A stretch of 64,000 bases of DNA from positions 72,779-136,778 of the forward strand of contig JBBDYJ010000016.1 in NCBI GenBank assembly GCA_040901675.1. The letters run 5' to 3'. Below the pieces are notes generated by a model. That model made no database searches. It was not told the origin of the DNA and worked only from the letters and a program-made list of their open reading frames with translations. The translations under genes and the position numbers were made by a program. Each line of letters starts with the position of its first letter. Within the stretch, counting starts at the first letter, position 1. Shown here one piece after another: positions 56,190-64,000 of the stretch. This stretch comes from Pirellulales bacterium. GTDB lineage: Bacteria > Planctomycetota > Planctomycetia > Pirellulales > JAICIG01.

Positions 56190-57364
56190 GCCCCGCCATG
56201 TTGGTCATCCTGTTCTGGTGGTGCGCCGCCATGGTGGTGTACGTTTATGCCGGCTATCCGCTGCTGGCCGCCTGGCTGGCCCGCCGCTTCGGCCGGCTGA
56301 CCGAGCCTCGCCCATTGGACGATGAGCAACTCCCCTCGATCTCCTTGCTCGTGGCCGCCCACAACGAGGAGTCGGTCATACGCCAGCGCCTCGAAAATGC
56401 CCTGGCCATGGACTATCCCACGGACAAGCTGGAGATTGTCGTCGCCTCCGACGGAAGTACCGACCGGACGGCGGCGATCGTCAAGCAGTTCGGCGGCCGC
56501 GGAGTACGGCTGCTCGATTTCCGCGATCGGCGGGGAAAGGCCTCGGTGCTGAACGCGGCCGTCGCTTCCCTCCGCGGCGGCATCGTCCTGTTGTCCGACG
56601 CCAATACGTTCCTCGATCCATCGGCCGCGCGCCGCCTGGTTCGCTGGTTTGCCGACGATCGAATCGGCGTCGTCTGCGGCCGGCTCGTGCTCAGCGATCC
56701 TCAAACGGGCCAGAACGTCGACAGCCTGTACTGGAAGTACGAAACCTTCATCAAGAAGTGCGAGGCCCGCCTGGGCGCATTGCTGGGCGCCAACGGTGCC
56801 ATCTACGCCTTGCGCCGCGAAGAATACCAGCCGATTCCGGGCGATACCATCGTCGACGACATGGTGATACCGTTGTTGGCCTACCTGCGTACGGGTTGCC
56901 GCACGGTCTACGACGCGCAGGCGGTGGCCTATGAAGAAACGCCGCCCCGCATCGCCAGCGAGTTTCGCCGCCGCGCACGCATCGGCGCGGGGGGCTTTCA
57001 GAGTCTTGCCCGCTTGTGGCGGCTGCTCGATCCGCGGCGGGGCTGGATCGCCCTGGCCTTCTTGTCGCACAAGGTGCTGCGCTGGCTCTGTCCTTTCTTC
57101 TTGCTCGGCTTGCTGGCCGCGAACCTCCTTTTGATCGACCAGCCGCTGTACCGGCTCATGCTTGCGGCCCAGCTCATGTTTTATGCCGTCTCCGCCGCCG
57201 GCACGTTCCTGCCCGGCTCCGCTCCGCTCGTTCGGATGATCCGTGCCACCACCATGTTCAGCAGCATGAACCTGGCCCTGCTGGTCGGCTTTGGACGCTG
57301 GTTAACCGGACGCCAGCGCGGCGCCTGGCAGCGGACCGCTCGCCCTTCGCCTTTGCTCCCCTGA
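56186..57364 (+). CDS. membrane glycosyltransferase family 2
   Basis: YVYAGYP, AAHNEE, SDGSTD, SDAN, YWKYE, GANGAIYA, DDM, EFRRRARI, SHKVLRW. Confidence 0.92.
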   Translation: MSPAMLVILFWWCAAMVVYVYAGYPLLAAWLARRFGRLTEPRPLDDEQLPSISLLVAAHNEESVIRQRLENALAMDYPTDKLEIVVASDGSTDRTAAIVKQFGGRGVRLLDFRDRRGKASVLNAAVASLRGGIVLLSDANTFLDPSAARRLVRWFADDRIGVVCGRLVLSDPQTGQNVDSLYWKYETFIKKCEARLGALLGANGAIYALRREEYQPIPGDTIVDDMVIPLLAYLRTGCRTVYDAQAVAYEETPPRIASEFRRRARIGAGGFQSLARLWRLLDPRRGWIALAFLSHKVLRWLCPFFLLGLLAANLLLIDQPLYRLMLAAQLMFYAVSAAGTFLPGSAPLVRMIRATTMFSSMNLALLVGFGRWLTGRQRGAWQRTARPSPLLP

Positions 57365-57378
57365 CCGATCGACTCGCT

Positions 57379-58587
57379 ATGCTCCGTGCACGCGGCATTC
57401 ATCCGGCCAACTTGCCCCGACTTTGCTCGGCCCCCGGCTGGCCCGCGCCCCAGCGCCCGCTGCACCTGTTCGTTTGCATCGCCGACCACTTCGAGCCCAA
57501 GTGGAAAAACCCCACACGCCAGGTCGAACGGCAGCGGGTCGCCGAGTGGGTGCACGGCTACCCACGATCCATCGCCGGGTTGTGCGACAGCCACGGTCGG
57601 CCGCCGCAACACACCTTTTTCTACCCCGTTGACGAGTACGATCCGGAGCACCTCGACCGTTTGGCCCGACTGCGCCAGGCAGGTCTGGCCGACGTCGAGG
57701 TGCACTTGCACCACGACCACGACACCGCCCCGGCACTGCGAGAAAAGCTGGAAGGCTTCAAGCATACGCTCTTCCATCGGCACGGCCTGCTGGGCACCAA
57801 CGACCAGGGCGACATCAGCTACGGCTTCATCCATGGCAACTGGGCTCTGGACAATTCGCGGTCCGATGGCCGCTGGTGCGGGGTCAACGACGAACTGACC
57901 GTGCTGGTGCAAAGCGGCTGCTACGCCGACTTCACGCTTCCCTCGGCACCCAGTCCAACGCAGACTGCGACCGTGAACAGCATCTATTACGCCACCGACG
58001 ATCCCGCCCGGCCCAAGTCTCACGATCGAGGCGTGGCCGCACGCCTAGGCCAGCGCCCCCCGCCAGACTCGTTGCTGATGGTGCAAGGCCCCCTTGCTCT
58101 CGACTGGTCTCGCCGCAAGTGGGGAGTGCTGCCCCGGCTGGAAAATGCCGAGTTGCACGCCACCAACCCCCCCACGCTGGGGCGGTTGCGTCTTTGGATC
58201 CGAGCCGGAGTCTCGGTCCTGGGCCGGCCCGATTGGATCTTCATCAAGCTGCACACGCATGGTGCTCAAGAGGCCAATGCGGCCATGCTGCTGGGGCCGC
58301 CGATGCGGGCGTTTCACGAGCAACTGGCCGCCCAGGCCAACCGCAACCCCGGCTGGCGGTTCTCGTATGTGACGGCTCGAGAAATGGCCAGCCTGGTCCA
58401 TCAGGCCGAGGCGGACGTTCGTGCCGCGGTAAGCTGTAACCAGGCGGCGTGCCCGCGGCCGCTGGATTTGCCAGCGCATCGCTCCGATTTCCAGCAAGTG
58501 CTGTCAGGATCACGCCTTCAGCGGGCAATAGACTACGGAGGTACCGTGCGTCCAGCGTCGGGCGGCGGTAAGTCTTTACGATCATGA
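57379..58587 (+). CDS. hypothetical protein, putative metal-dependent deacetylase/hydrolase barrel
   Basis: ADHFEP, HTFFYP, EVHLHHDHD, FIHGNWALDNS, IKLHTHG, YVTAREM. Confidence 0.7.
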   Translation: MLRARGIHPANLPRLCSAPGWPAPQRPLHLFVCIADHFEPKWKNPTRQVERQRVAEWVHGYPRSIAGLCDSHGRPPQHTFFYPVDEYDPEHLDRLARLRQAGLADVEVHLHHDHDTAPALREKLEGFKHTLFHRHGLLGTNDQGDISYGFIHGNWALDNSRSDGRWCGVNDELTVLVQSGCYADFTLPSAPSPTQTATVNSIYYATDDPARPKSHDRGVAARLGQRPPPDSLLMVQGPLALDWSRRKWGVLPRLENAELHATNPPTLGRLRLWIRAGVSVLGRPDWIFIKLHTHGAQEANAAMLLGPPMRAFHEQLAAQANRNPGWRFSYVTAREMASLVHQAEADVRAAVSCNQAACPRPLDLPAHRSDFQQVLSGSRLQRAIDYGGTVRPASGGGKSLRS

Positions 58588-58730
58588 GAGTTATAGTCCA
58601 GAGGGGCTTAAGCAGAAACGATGGCGGCAGCCAGGCGGGCCTGCACGGCGCGGGACGTTTTCGGGCAAAAATTGTTTCTCTTCGAAGATTTTCAACTTTT
58701 TTTAAGAGCTATCAGCGCAAGGAAGATGTC

Positions 58731-59789
58731 ATGACACGAGGAATTGGCTGGATAGGTTCAGTGGCGGCCGCCTTACTTCTGACTGCGTCGCCTGCCATGG
58801 CGGGGGTCAGCGTGAGCAGTCTGTTCTTATTCGGTCCCAACCATGCTTCGGACGAGCACCGCGAATACCTGATCGACGACATACGCACGCAGATTGGGCA
58901 GATCGACGTGGGAGATTCCATTCGCGGACTGTACAACGTCAACACGCTCAACAACGACTCGGCCAACGTCGGCGGAAATACGCCCGTTAATGAGTTCACC
59001 GGCCTGTTTCAGATTTACGTGACCTCGAAAACCGAGTTCGCGGGCCCTGACGGTCCTATCTTCCGGCTGACATTTGGCCCGGATCCGGATTTCGAGGCGG
59101 ATTGGGGTGCCGGGGCGATAGTCGTGATGTTCGAGGACGACTCGAATAACTTCACGGCCGACTATCTCCCCAATCCGGCCCAGTCCCCACCCGGCGACAC
59201 CAACACCAGCCGCTCGGACGGTCCCAACGATGACGGCACCCCCGGCCCAGGCCGCACTGTTCCGCCCTCCAGTGCTGACGTGTCGGTAGGCCCCTACGCT
59301 TCCGAAGAAGCCTTCATAGCCACCGCCACTGACGGTGATCGTTTCTGGACAATCGGCTTCACGTCGGGAACCCGAACCACCATCGCGGGTGAGGATATCA
59401 TGGATCCTGGCCCCGGAGAGGGGTACCAAGCGGTTTTGTTTGGCTCTGACAATATCCTCGCCGCGTTCCTGAAGTTGGGTTCCGACGCCTATGGAATATT
59501 CAACTTAGCCTTGAACCGGCTCGACAATGACATCCCCGAAACGGGGGATTCGGTCCTTTTGGGAAAGGTCACTTCCGGACCGCCGTTCCCCGGGCCTGCC
59601 GATTTCATCGCGAGCGGCACCCTTCGGGGGGTGCGTGACCTGGATACCGCATTCGAGTCGTCCGGTGATCTGAGCATCTCGTTCAACGTCATTCCAGAAC
59701 CGGCCAGCAGTATTGTCTGGGGCCTGTTCGGCATGATCACGGGTGCCGGCGCGCTGTGGCGGCGCCGCCGCATGCTGGCGCTTGCCTGA
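58731..59789 (+). CDS. PEP-CTERM sorting-domain protein
   Basis: Signal peptide ending PAMA; C-terminal VIPEPAS + TM + WRRRR. Confidence 0.92.
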   Translation: MTRGIGWIGSVAAALLLTASPAMAGVSVSSLFLFGPNHASDEHREYLIDDIRTQIGQIDVGDSIRGLYNVNTLNNDSANVGGNTPVNEFTGLFQIYVTSKTEFAGPDGPIFRLTFGPDPDFEADWGAGAIVVMFEDDSNNFTADYLPNPAQSPPGDTNTSRSDGPNDDGTPGPGRTVPPSSADVSVGPYASEEAFIATATDGDRFWTIGFTSGTRTTIAGEDIMDPGPGEGYQAVLFGSDNILAAFLKLGSDAYGIFNLALNRLDNDIPETGDSVLLGKVTSGPPFPGPADFIASGTLRGVRDLDTAFESSGDLSISFNVIPEPASSIVWGLFGMITGAGALWRRRRMLALA

Positions 59790-59799
59790 CCGGCGCCGA

Positions 59800-59865
59800 A
59801 CACCAACCCGACGCGGGTCTCGGCGGGCTCGACCCGCCCCGAGCCCGTCGAGGGGCGCAAGCGAG
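59800..59865 (-). repeat. 66-bp dispersed palindromic repeat, copy B
   Basis: Inverted copy of 11731-11796. Confidence 0.85.
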
Positions 59866-59957
59866 AGGTCTTCGTGCGCGTCGCCTGCTGGCGCTTGCCT
59901 GACGGGGGCCGAGCCGAATAACAGACTGGATTTCAAGGCCACGCCGATCCCTGTAGG

Positions 59958-59993
59958 AGGGAGGCGGGAACAGTTTCCCGCCTCCCTTTTTTT
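59958..59993 (+). terminator. rho-independent terminator
   Basis: AGGGAGGCGGGAA-CAGT-TTCCCGCCTCCCT followed by a T run. Confidence 0.9.
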
Positions 59994-60152
59994 GTTTTCA
60001 TGCCGCCCATGCGACTCGTCTTCCAGCGCTTCGACGGCATTGCTATGATGCGGGCCGGCAAGGCCCTTCTCCATCACGGCTGCCCGGCCATTCGGCTGGC
60101 AGTCCCAGATGGCTAACGCAACAGCCACTTACTCGTTTCCCAGGAGGTGTGC

Positions 60153-60899
60153 ATGAATCCTGGCTTTCAGGACTACGAGAAAAAAATGGAACCAGCCCGG
60201 CAGCGCTTCGCGAACAACCCGGCCCTGGCTTCCGTCCTCGCCCCAACCACCGATACCGAGCTGCTGGAGCTGTTCCTCCTGTACTTCTCCTCGCTGGGCG
60301 TCCGCATGACCGAGCCGGTCGAAGGCTGGATTCGCGAGGCGGCCGAGCGCTGCGAGGCGATCGGCCTGGCCGATATCGGCCGTTCGCTGCGCGGCCACGC
60401 GGCGGCCGAGTCAGGGCATCACCTGATGATGGTCGCCGATACCCGCGCCCTGGTGGAACGATGGAATTCGCGGCATGACCATCATTACGATGCCGATCGA
60501 CTGTTGTCGCGGCCGCCCAGCCCGGGCGCCAGGCACTACATCCAGGTGCACGAGAACGTGATCCGCGGCAAGACGCCGTATGCCCAATTGGCATTGGAGT
60601 ATGAGATCGAGATGCTGCCGTTGCGCTATGGCCCTCCGCTGGTCAGCCAGTGGGTCAGCCGGCTGGGTGAGGAAATCCTCGGTTGTCTCTCCTTCATTAC
60701 CGAGCACATCGAACTGGACGTGGGCCATACCAAGTTCAACTCGAAGCAACTGGAGAAGTTGATCGAGCGCATGCCCGACAGCGTCCCCAGTCTGGTCGCC
60801 GCTGGTTCGGAGGTCCTTGACGCCTACGGCGAGTTCCTGGCCGACTGCGTTCGCCTGGCCGAAGCGGACCACGAGTCGGCTCCCGCCACCGGCTCGTAG
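60153..60899 (+). CDS. heme-oxygenase-like (HDO/PqqC/CADD superfamily) diiron redox protein
   Basis: Helical 248-aa protein with TEPVE, HAAAESGH, EYEIE, HIELDVGH; AGGAGG RBS. Confidence 0.75.
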   Translation: MNPGFQDYEKKMEPARQRFANNPALASVLAPTTDTELLELFLLYFSSLGVRMTEPVEGWIREAAERCEAIGLADIGRSLRGHAAAESGHHLMMVADTRALVERWNSRHDHHYDADRLLSRPPSPGARHYIQVHENVIRGKTPYAQLALEYEIEMLPLRYGPPLVSQWVSRLGEEILGCLSFITEHIELDVGHTKFNSKQLEKLIERMPDSVPSLVAAGSEVLDAYGEFLADCVRLAEADHESAPATGS

Positions 60900-61046
60900 A
60901 ACGGAATTTATTCCGTTTGTGGTCCGGGCCCCTTCTCGTAGCCGGATTCGCCAGAATTCGGGCCGCTCTCCATTACCCCCGGTAGCCGGATTCGCCAGAA
61001 TTCGGGCCGCTCTCCACTTCCCCGGAACTCTGGCGAGTTCCGCTAC
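60896..61046. repeat. cluster of GTAG-type REPs
   Basis: GTAG-AACGGAAT-TT-ATTCCGTT at 60896; GTAGCCGGATTCGCCAGAATTCGGG at 60938 and 60982; a related inverted copy ending at 61046. Confidence 0.85.
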
Positions 61047-62062
61047 TCTCCTTCAATCGATACGTCGACCCGCAGCCCGACGACGAGGCCGTCGTGCCGT
61101 TCGAGCGAGATCCAGATCTCGCGGACCTCGGTGTCCAGCCGCTCGTTGGCGCGGTCGCTGGTCAGCCGCTTGCTGGTCATGCGAGGACTGACCCGCGTGA
61201 CCCGGCCGGCGAACACGCGCCCCGGCAGCCCGTCGGCTGTGACCTGCGCCTGCATTCCCACGGCGATCCGCGGCGCGTCGATCTCCTCCACGAAGGCCCG
61301 CACCTGCAGCGTGCGCGCATCGGCCAGCACCACGGCCGGCTCTCTGGTCTGGGGCCCCACCAGCTCGCCCGGCTCGACGCGCACGTCCAACACCTGTCCC
61401 GCTTCGGGGGCCCGCAGAAATGTCTGGTCCCAGGTGTGGCGGGCCAGTTCCAAGCGCGCCTGGGCCGCGGCAATCCGTGCCTTGGCGATCCGCAGGTCGT
61501 CGTCGCGGGGCGGCGCCTCCACCAGCCGCAGCCGCGCCTCGGTCGCCTCGGCTTGAGCCAGCGCCGTCTCGAATTGCTCCGTCACGTCGTCCGCTTCCGC
61601 CGCGCTGGCAGCCCGCGTCTCGCGCAGTGACCTTACCCGGCCCAGGCGCTGTTTGGCCCCGTTGGCCGCCGCTGCCTGCGCGCGATACCGGGCGGCTGCC
61701 TCGGCCCGCTCCTGCGGCCGAGCACCATTCAGAAGCCGCTCGTACTCTGCCTGCGACAACTCCAATTCGGCCTCGGCCAGGGCAATCTGGTGCCGCTGGG
61801 ACTCGTCGTCCAGTTCCAGGAGGACCTGGCCGCTTTGCACCTCATCGCCGGGCCGCACGGCGATCCGCACCAGTTGGCCGCTGATCTGCGGTCGCATCTC
61901 GATCTCGCGCGTGGCGCCCTCGACGCGTCCGGCGGCAAACACCGCGTCGGGACGGGTCGGCGCATCCACACGCTCGCCCTCCAGGTTGCTCGCCAGGTCG
62001 ATCCAGATCCCCAGCGCCAGCACTCCGGCCAACGCCGCTGCGGGCACGGCAAACTTGATCAC
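61043..62062 (-). CDS. HlyD-family membrane fusion protein (DevB-like)
   Basis: N-terminal TM, AAGRVEG, lipoyl half-motifs (VRPGDEVQSGQVL; LRAP..GQVL..VEPGE), helical hairpin. Confidence 0.9.
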   Translation of the reverse strand: MIKFAVPAAALAGVLALGIWIDLASNLEGERVDAPTRPDAVFAAGRVEGATREIEMRPQISGQLVRIAVRPGDEVQSGQVLLELDDESQRHQIALAEAELELSQAEYERLLNGARPQERAEAAARYRAQAAAANGAKQRLGRVRSLRETRAASAAEADDVTEQFETALAQAEATEARLRLVEAPPRDDDLRIAKARIAAAQARLELARHTWDQTFLRAPEAGQVLDVRVEPGELVGPQTREPAVVLADARTLQVRAFVEEIDAPRIAVGMQAQVTADGLPGRVFAGRVTRVSPRMTSKRLTSDRANERLDTEVREIWISLERHDGLVVGLRVDVSIEGE

Positions 62063-62793
62063 GTCAAAACCTCCTCGGCTGCGCTGATCAGGCTGGCCCT
62101 GGGGCGCTCGGCCGTCTCCAGCCGCCCGTGTGCCAGGCGGTATACGACGTCGGCAAAACGTAGAATCCGCGGATCGTGCGTGACAATTACCGCCGTCCGG
62201 CCTTGCTCAGCCGTAAGCCGCCGCAACAGACCCATCAACTCCAGACCATGCTGCTCATCGAGCGAGGCCGTCGGCTCGTCGGCCAGGATCAGCTCGGGCT
62301 CCCCGGCCAGCGCCCGGGCCAGGGCCACGCGCTGGCATTGGCCGGCGCTGAGATGCCGCGGATGAGAGTGGAGCTTGTCAGCGAGCCCCACGGCGGCCAG
62401 CGCCTCGGCCGCCCGTTTCTGGGCGGCGCGCTGGGGCATCCGCCTCAAGGCAAGGGGGACGGCTACGTTGTCCAAGGCCGACAGCCCGCGCAAGAGTTCG
62501 AACCGCTGAAAGACGAATCCAATCAACTCCCTGCGCAGCCGGGTCCTGGCCGCCGCATCGAGGCGCCCGAGATCGTGCCCGGCGATGCGTACGCTTCCCT
62601 GGTCCGGCGACAGCATCGTGCCCAGGATCGAGAGCAACGTCGACTTGCCGCTGCCGGAGGGCCCCGTCAACACCGCGCAGCGGCCGTGGCCGACAACCAG
62701 GTTGACTCCCTGCAGCACGGGCGTGGCGATGCCTCCCCGGCGGTACGTTTTATGGACATTGTGCACGGCGACCGGCGGCAGGTTCGCTTTCAT
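62059..62793 (-). CDS. ABC transporter ATP-binding protein (DevA/LolD-like)
   Basis: GPSGSGKS, LSAGQCQRVALARAL, LADEPTASLD, VTHDPR. Confidence 0.93.
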   Translation of the reverse strand: MKANLPPVAVHNVHKTYRRGGIATPVLQGVNLVVGHGRCAVLTGPSGSGKSTLLSILGTMLSPDQGSVRIAGHDLGRLDAAARTRLRRELIGFVFQRFELLRGLSALDNVAVPLALRRMPQRAAQKRAAEALAAVGLADKLHSHPRHLSAGQCQRVALARALAGEPELILADEPTASLDEQHGLELMGLLRRLTAEQGRTAVIVTHDPRILRFADVVYRLAHGRLETAERPRASLISAAEEVLT

Positions 62794-62806
62794 CGTTTCT
62801 CTGCTC

Positions 62807-63931
62807 TCAGCCCTGCAAGACCATCACTGGATCGAGTCTGCGGACGCGCAAATAGGGCAAAAGCGAGGACACCAGCGCGATCGCCAGCAGCAGCAGGCAA
62901 CTGCCCAGCGACAGCCAAAGCGGGATCACGATCGGCGCGCGGTACGAGTGAAACCAGTGTCGAATAGCGGCCACCGCCACCAGGCCGATGAGCGAGCCGC
63001 CCCCGGCCAGCGCCAGCGCCTGCGTGAAGAGAATCTGGTAGACCTGCCACTCTTCGGCCCCCAGGGCCTTGAGCGTGCCGAACTCGCCCAGACGGTCCAG
63101 CACCGAAGCGTACAAGGTCTGGGCCACCATCACTAATCCCACCGCCAGGCCCAACAAGGTGGCGGCGCCGAAGCTGATCCCCAAGCCGGTCCTCGTCATC
63201 CAAAACTGGATCGAGATCCGCGCGTATTCGTGGCGGGCGTAGACGTCCAGTTGAGGAGTCCTGTGGCGGATGGCCTGGCTGACCTCGTCCACGCTGAACC
63301 CCGGCTTCACTTGGACAAGGTAATACGAGCAGACGCCGTGCGGCAGCCGCAGGTATTCCGCGGCCCGGTCCAGCGTGGTGAAAACGTAGGGGGAAATCAG
63401 GAAGCCGACGATGCCGCGGCTCTTGGCCACCACGCGCGCTTTGCGCCCGCCGATCTCGCGCAGGTCTCCCACGGCGGGATGCTCGAGCTTGTGGTCGTCG
63501 CACTCGTCGACCACGATGCCATCATTGTGCCGCAGAGCGCCTGGGCTGCCTTCGCGGATATTCCAGGCGCTGCCCAGCAGGCTGGCCGGGTCCGAACCGA
63601 CCACGACCACCGGTTCGAAACCGCCGCTGGGGAGCGTCATCGTGGCCCAGCCGATCGTATACGGCTCGGCCCGCTGGACCCCGGGCAACGAGCGCAACCG
63701 GGCGACCCATCGCGAGGGAATCGCATGGGGAAAATCGACGTTGTGCATCGCTTTGTGGCCCACCCAGATGTCGGCGCCCGCGCGGTCCACCAGCAGGCTG
63801 GCCTTGCCCAACAGGCCGAGGAACAAGCCCCCCTGCACGTTGACCAGGACCAGTGAAAAAACCAGCCCGACCAGCGCGGTCGCAAGTTTGCCCCGGTCGG
63901 CAACCAGAGTTTTGACGGCAATCCACCCCAT
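62807..63931 (-). CDS. ABC transporter permease (FtsX/DevC-like)
   Basis: GLVFSLVLVNVQGG, AGADIWV, AQTLYASV..EFGTLKALGA, RLDPVMV. Confidence 0.9.
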   Translation of the reverse strand: MGWIAVKTLVADRGKLATALVGLVFSLVLVNVQGGLFLGLLGKASLLVDRAGADIWVGHKAMHNVDFPHAIPSRWVARLRSLPGVQRAEPYTIGWATMTLPSGGFEPVVVVGSDPASLLGSAWNIREGSPGALRHNDGIVVDECDDHKLEHPAVGDLREIGGRKARVVAKSRGIVGFLISPYVFTTLDRAAEYLRLPHGVCSYYLVQVKPGFSVDEVSQAIRHRTPQLDVYARHEYARISIQFWMTRTGLGISFGAATLLGLAVGLVMVAQTLYASVLDRLGEFGTLKALGAEEWQVYQILFTQALALAGGGSLIGLVAVAAIRHWFHSYRAPIVIPLWLSLGSCLLLLAIALVSSLLPYLRVRRLDPVMVLQG

Positions 63932-63947
63932 ATCCCAAGCATAGGCC

Positions 63948-64000
63948 GTAGGATAGGCTTCCAGCCTGTCACCGTAGGATAGGCTTCCAGCCTGTCACCG
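63948..64000 (+). repeat. tandem 26-bp GTAG-type REP, at least 2 copies, running off the window
   Basis: GTAGGATAGGCTTCCAGCCTGTCACC x2. Confidence 0.85.

Overview
GC-rich bacterial DNA, probably from a planctomycete (inferred from three secreted proteins with the planctomycete-type (L/Y)ExLExRxxL N-terminal motif). In order: (1) the 3' part of comEC, a small ORF, an SF1 helicase with a degenerate C-terminal nuclease-like domain, an orphan antitoxin-like ORF and mdh; (2) an apparently inactive alpha/beta hydrolase and a kinase reduced to its HATPase domain, heading a flagellar-type cluster fliF-G-H-I-J, fliN-O-P-Q-R-flhB. This cluster has no rod, hook, motor or flhA genes in the window, a FliF missing its collar insert and a FliG missing several torque residues; (3) a small ORF pair, a sulfotransferase, a thioredoxin-like lipoprotein and an unannotated 40-aa basic peptide; (4) three large secreted proteins, including an adjacent pair carrying a cohesin-like domain plus DUF4214 anchor and dockerin-like repeats plus a 7-repeat propeller; (5) an atypical ECF-like sigma factor followed by a ~27 kb exosortase/EpsI/PEP-CTERM polysaccharide locus (Wzc, giant TPR protein, priming transferase, ligase/polymerase, Wzm/Wzt, sulfo-, methyl- and glycosyltransferases, nucleotide-sugar dehydrogenase); (6) a heme-oxygenase-like diiron enzyme converging on a DevBCA-like ABC exporter. 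Several GTAG-type REP hairpins and a second short palindromic repeat family are scattered through the window. No rRNA, tRNA, CRISPR array or transposase was recognised. All family calls are by eye from motifs; no searches were run.
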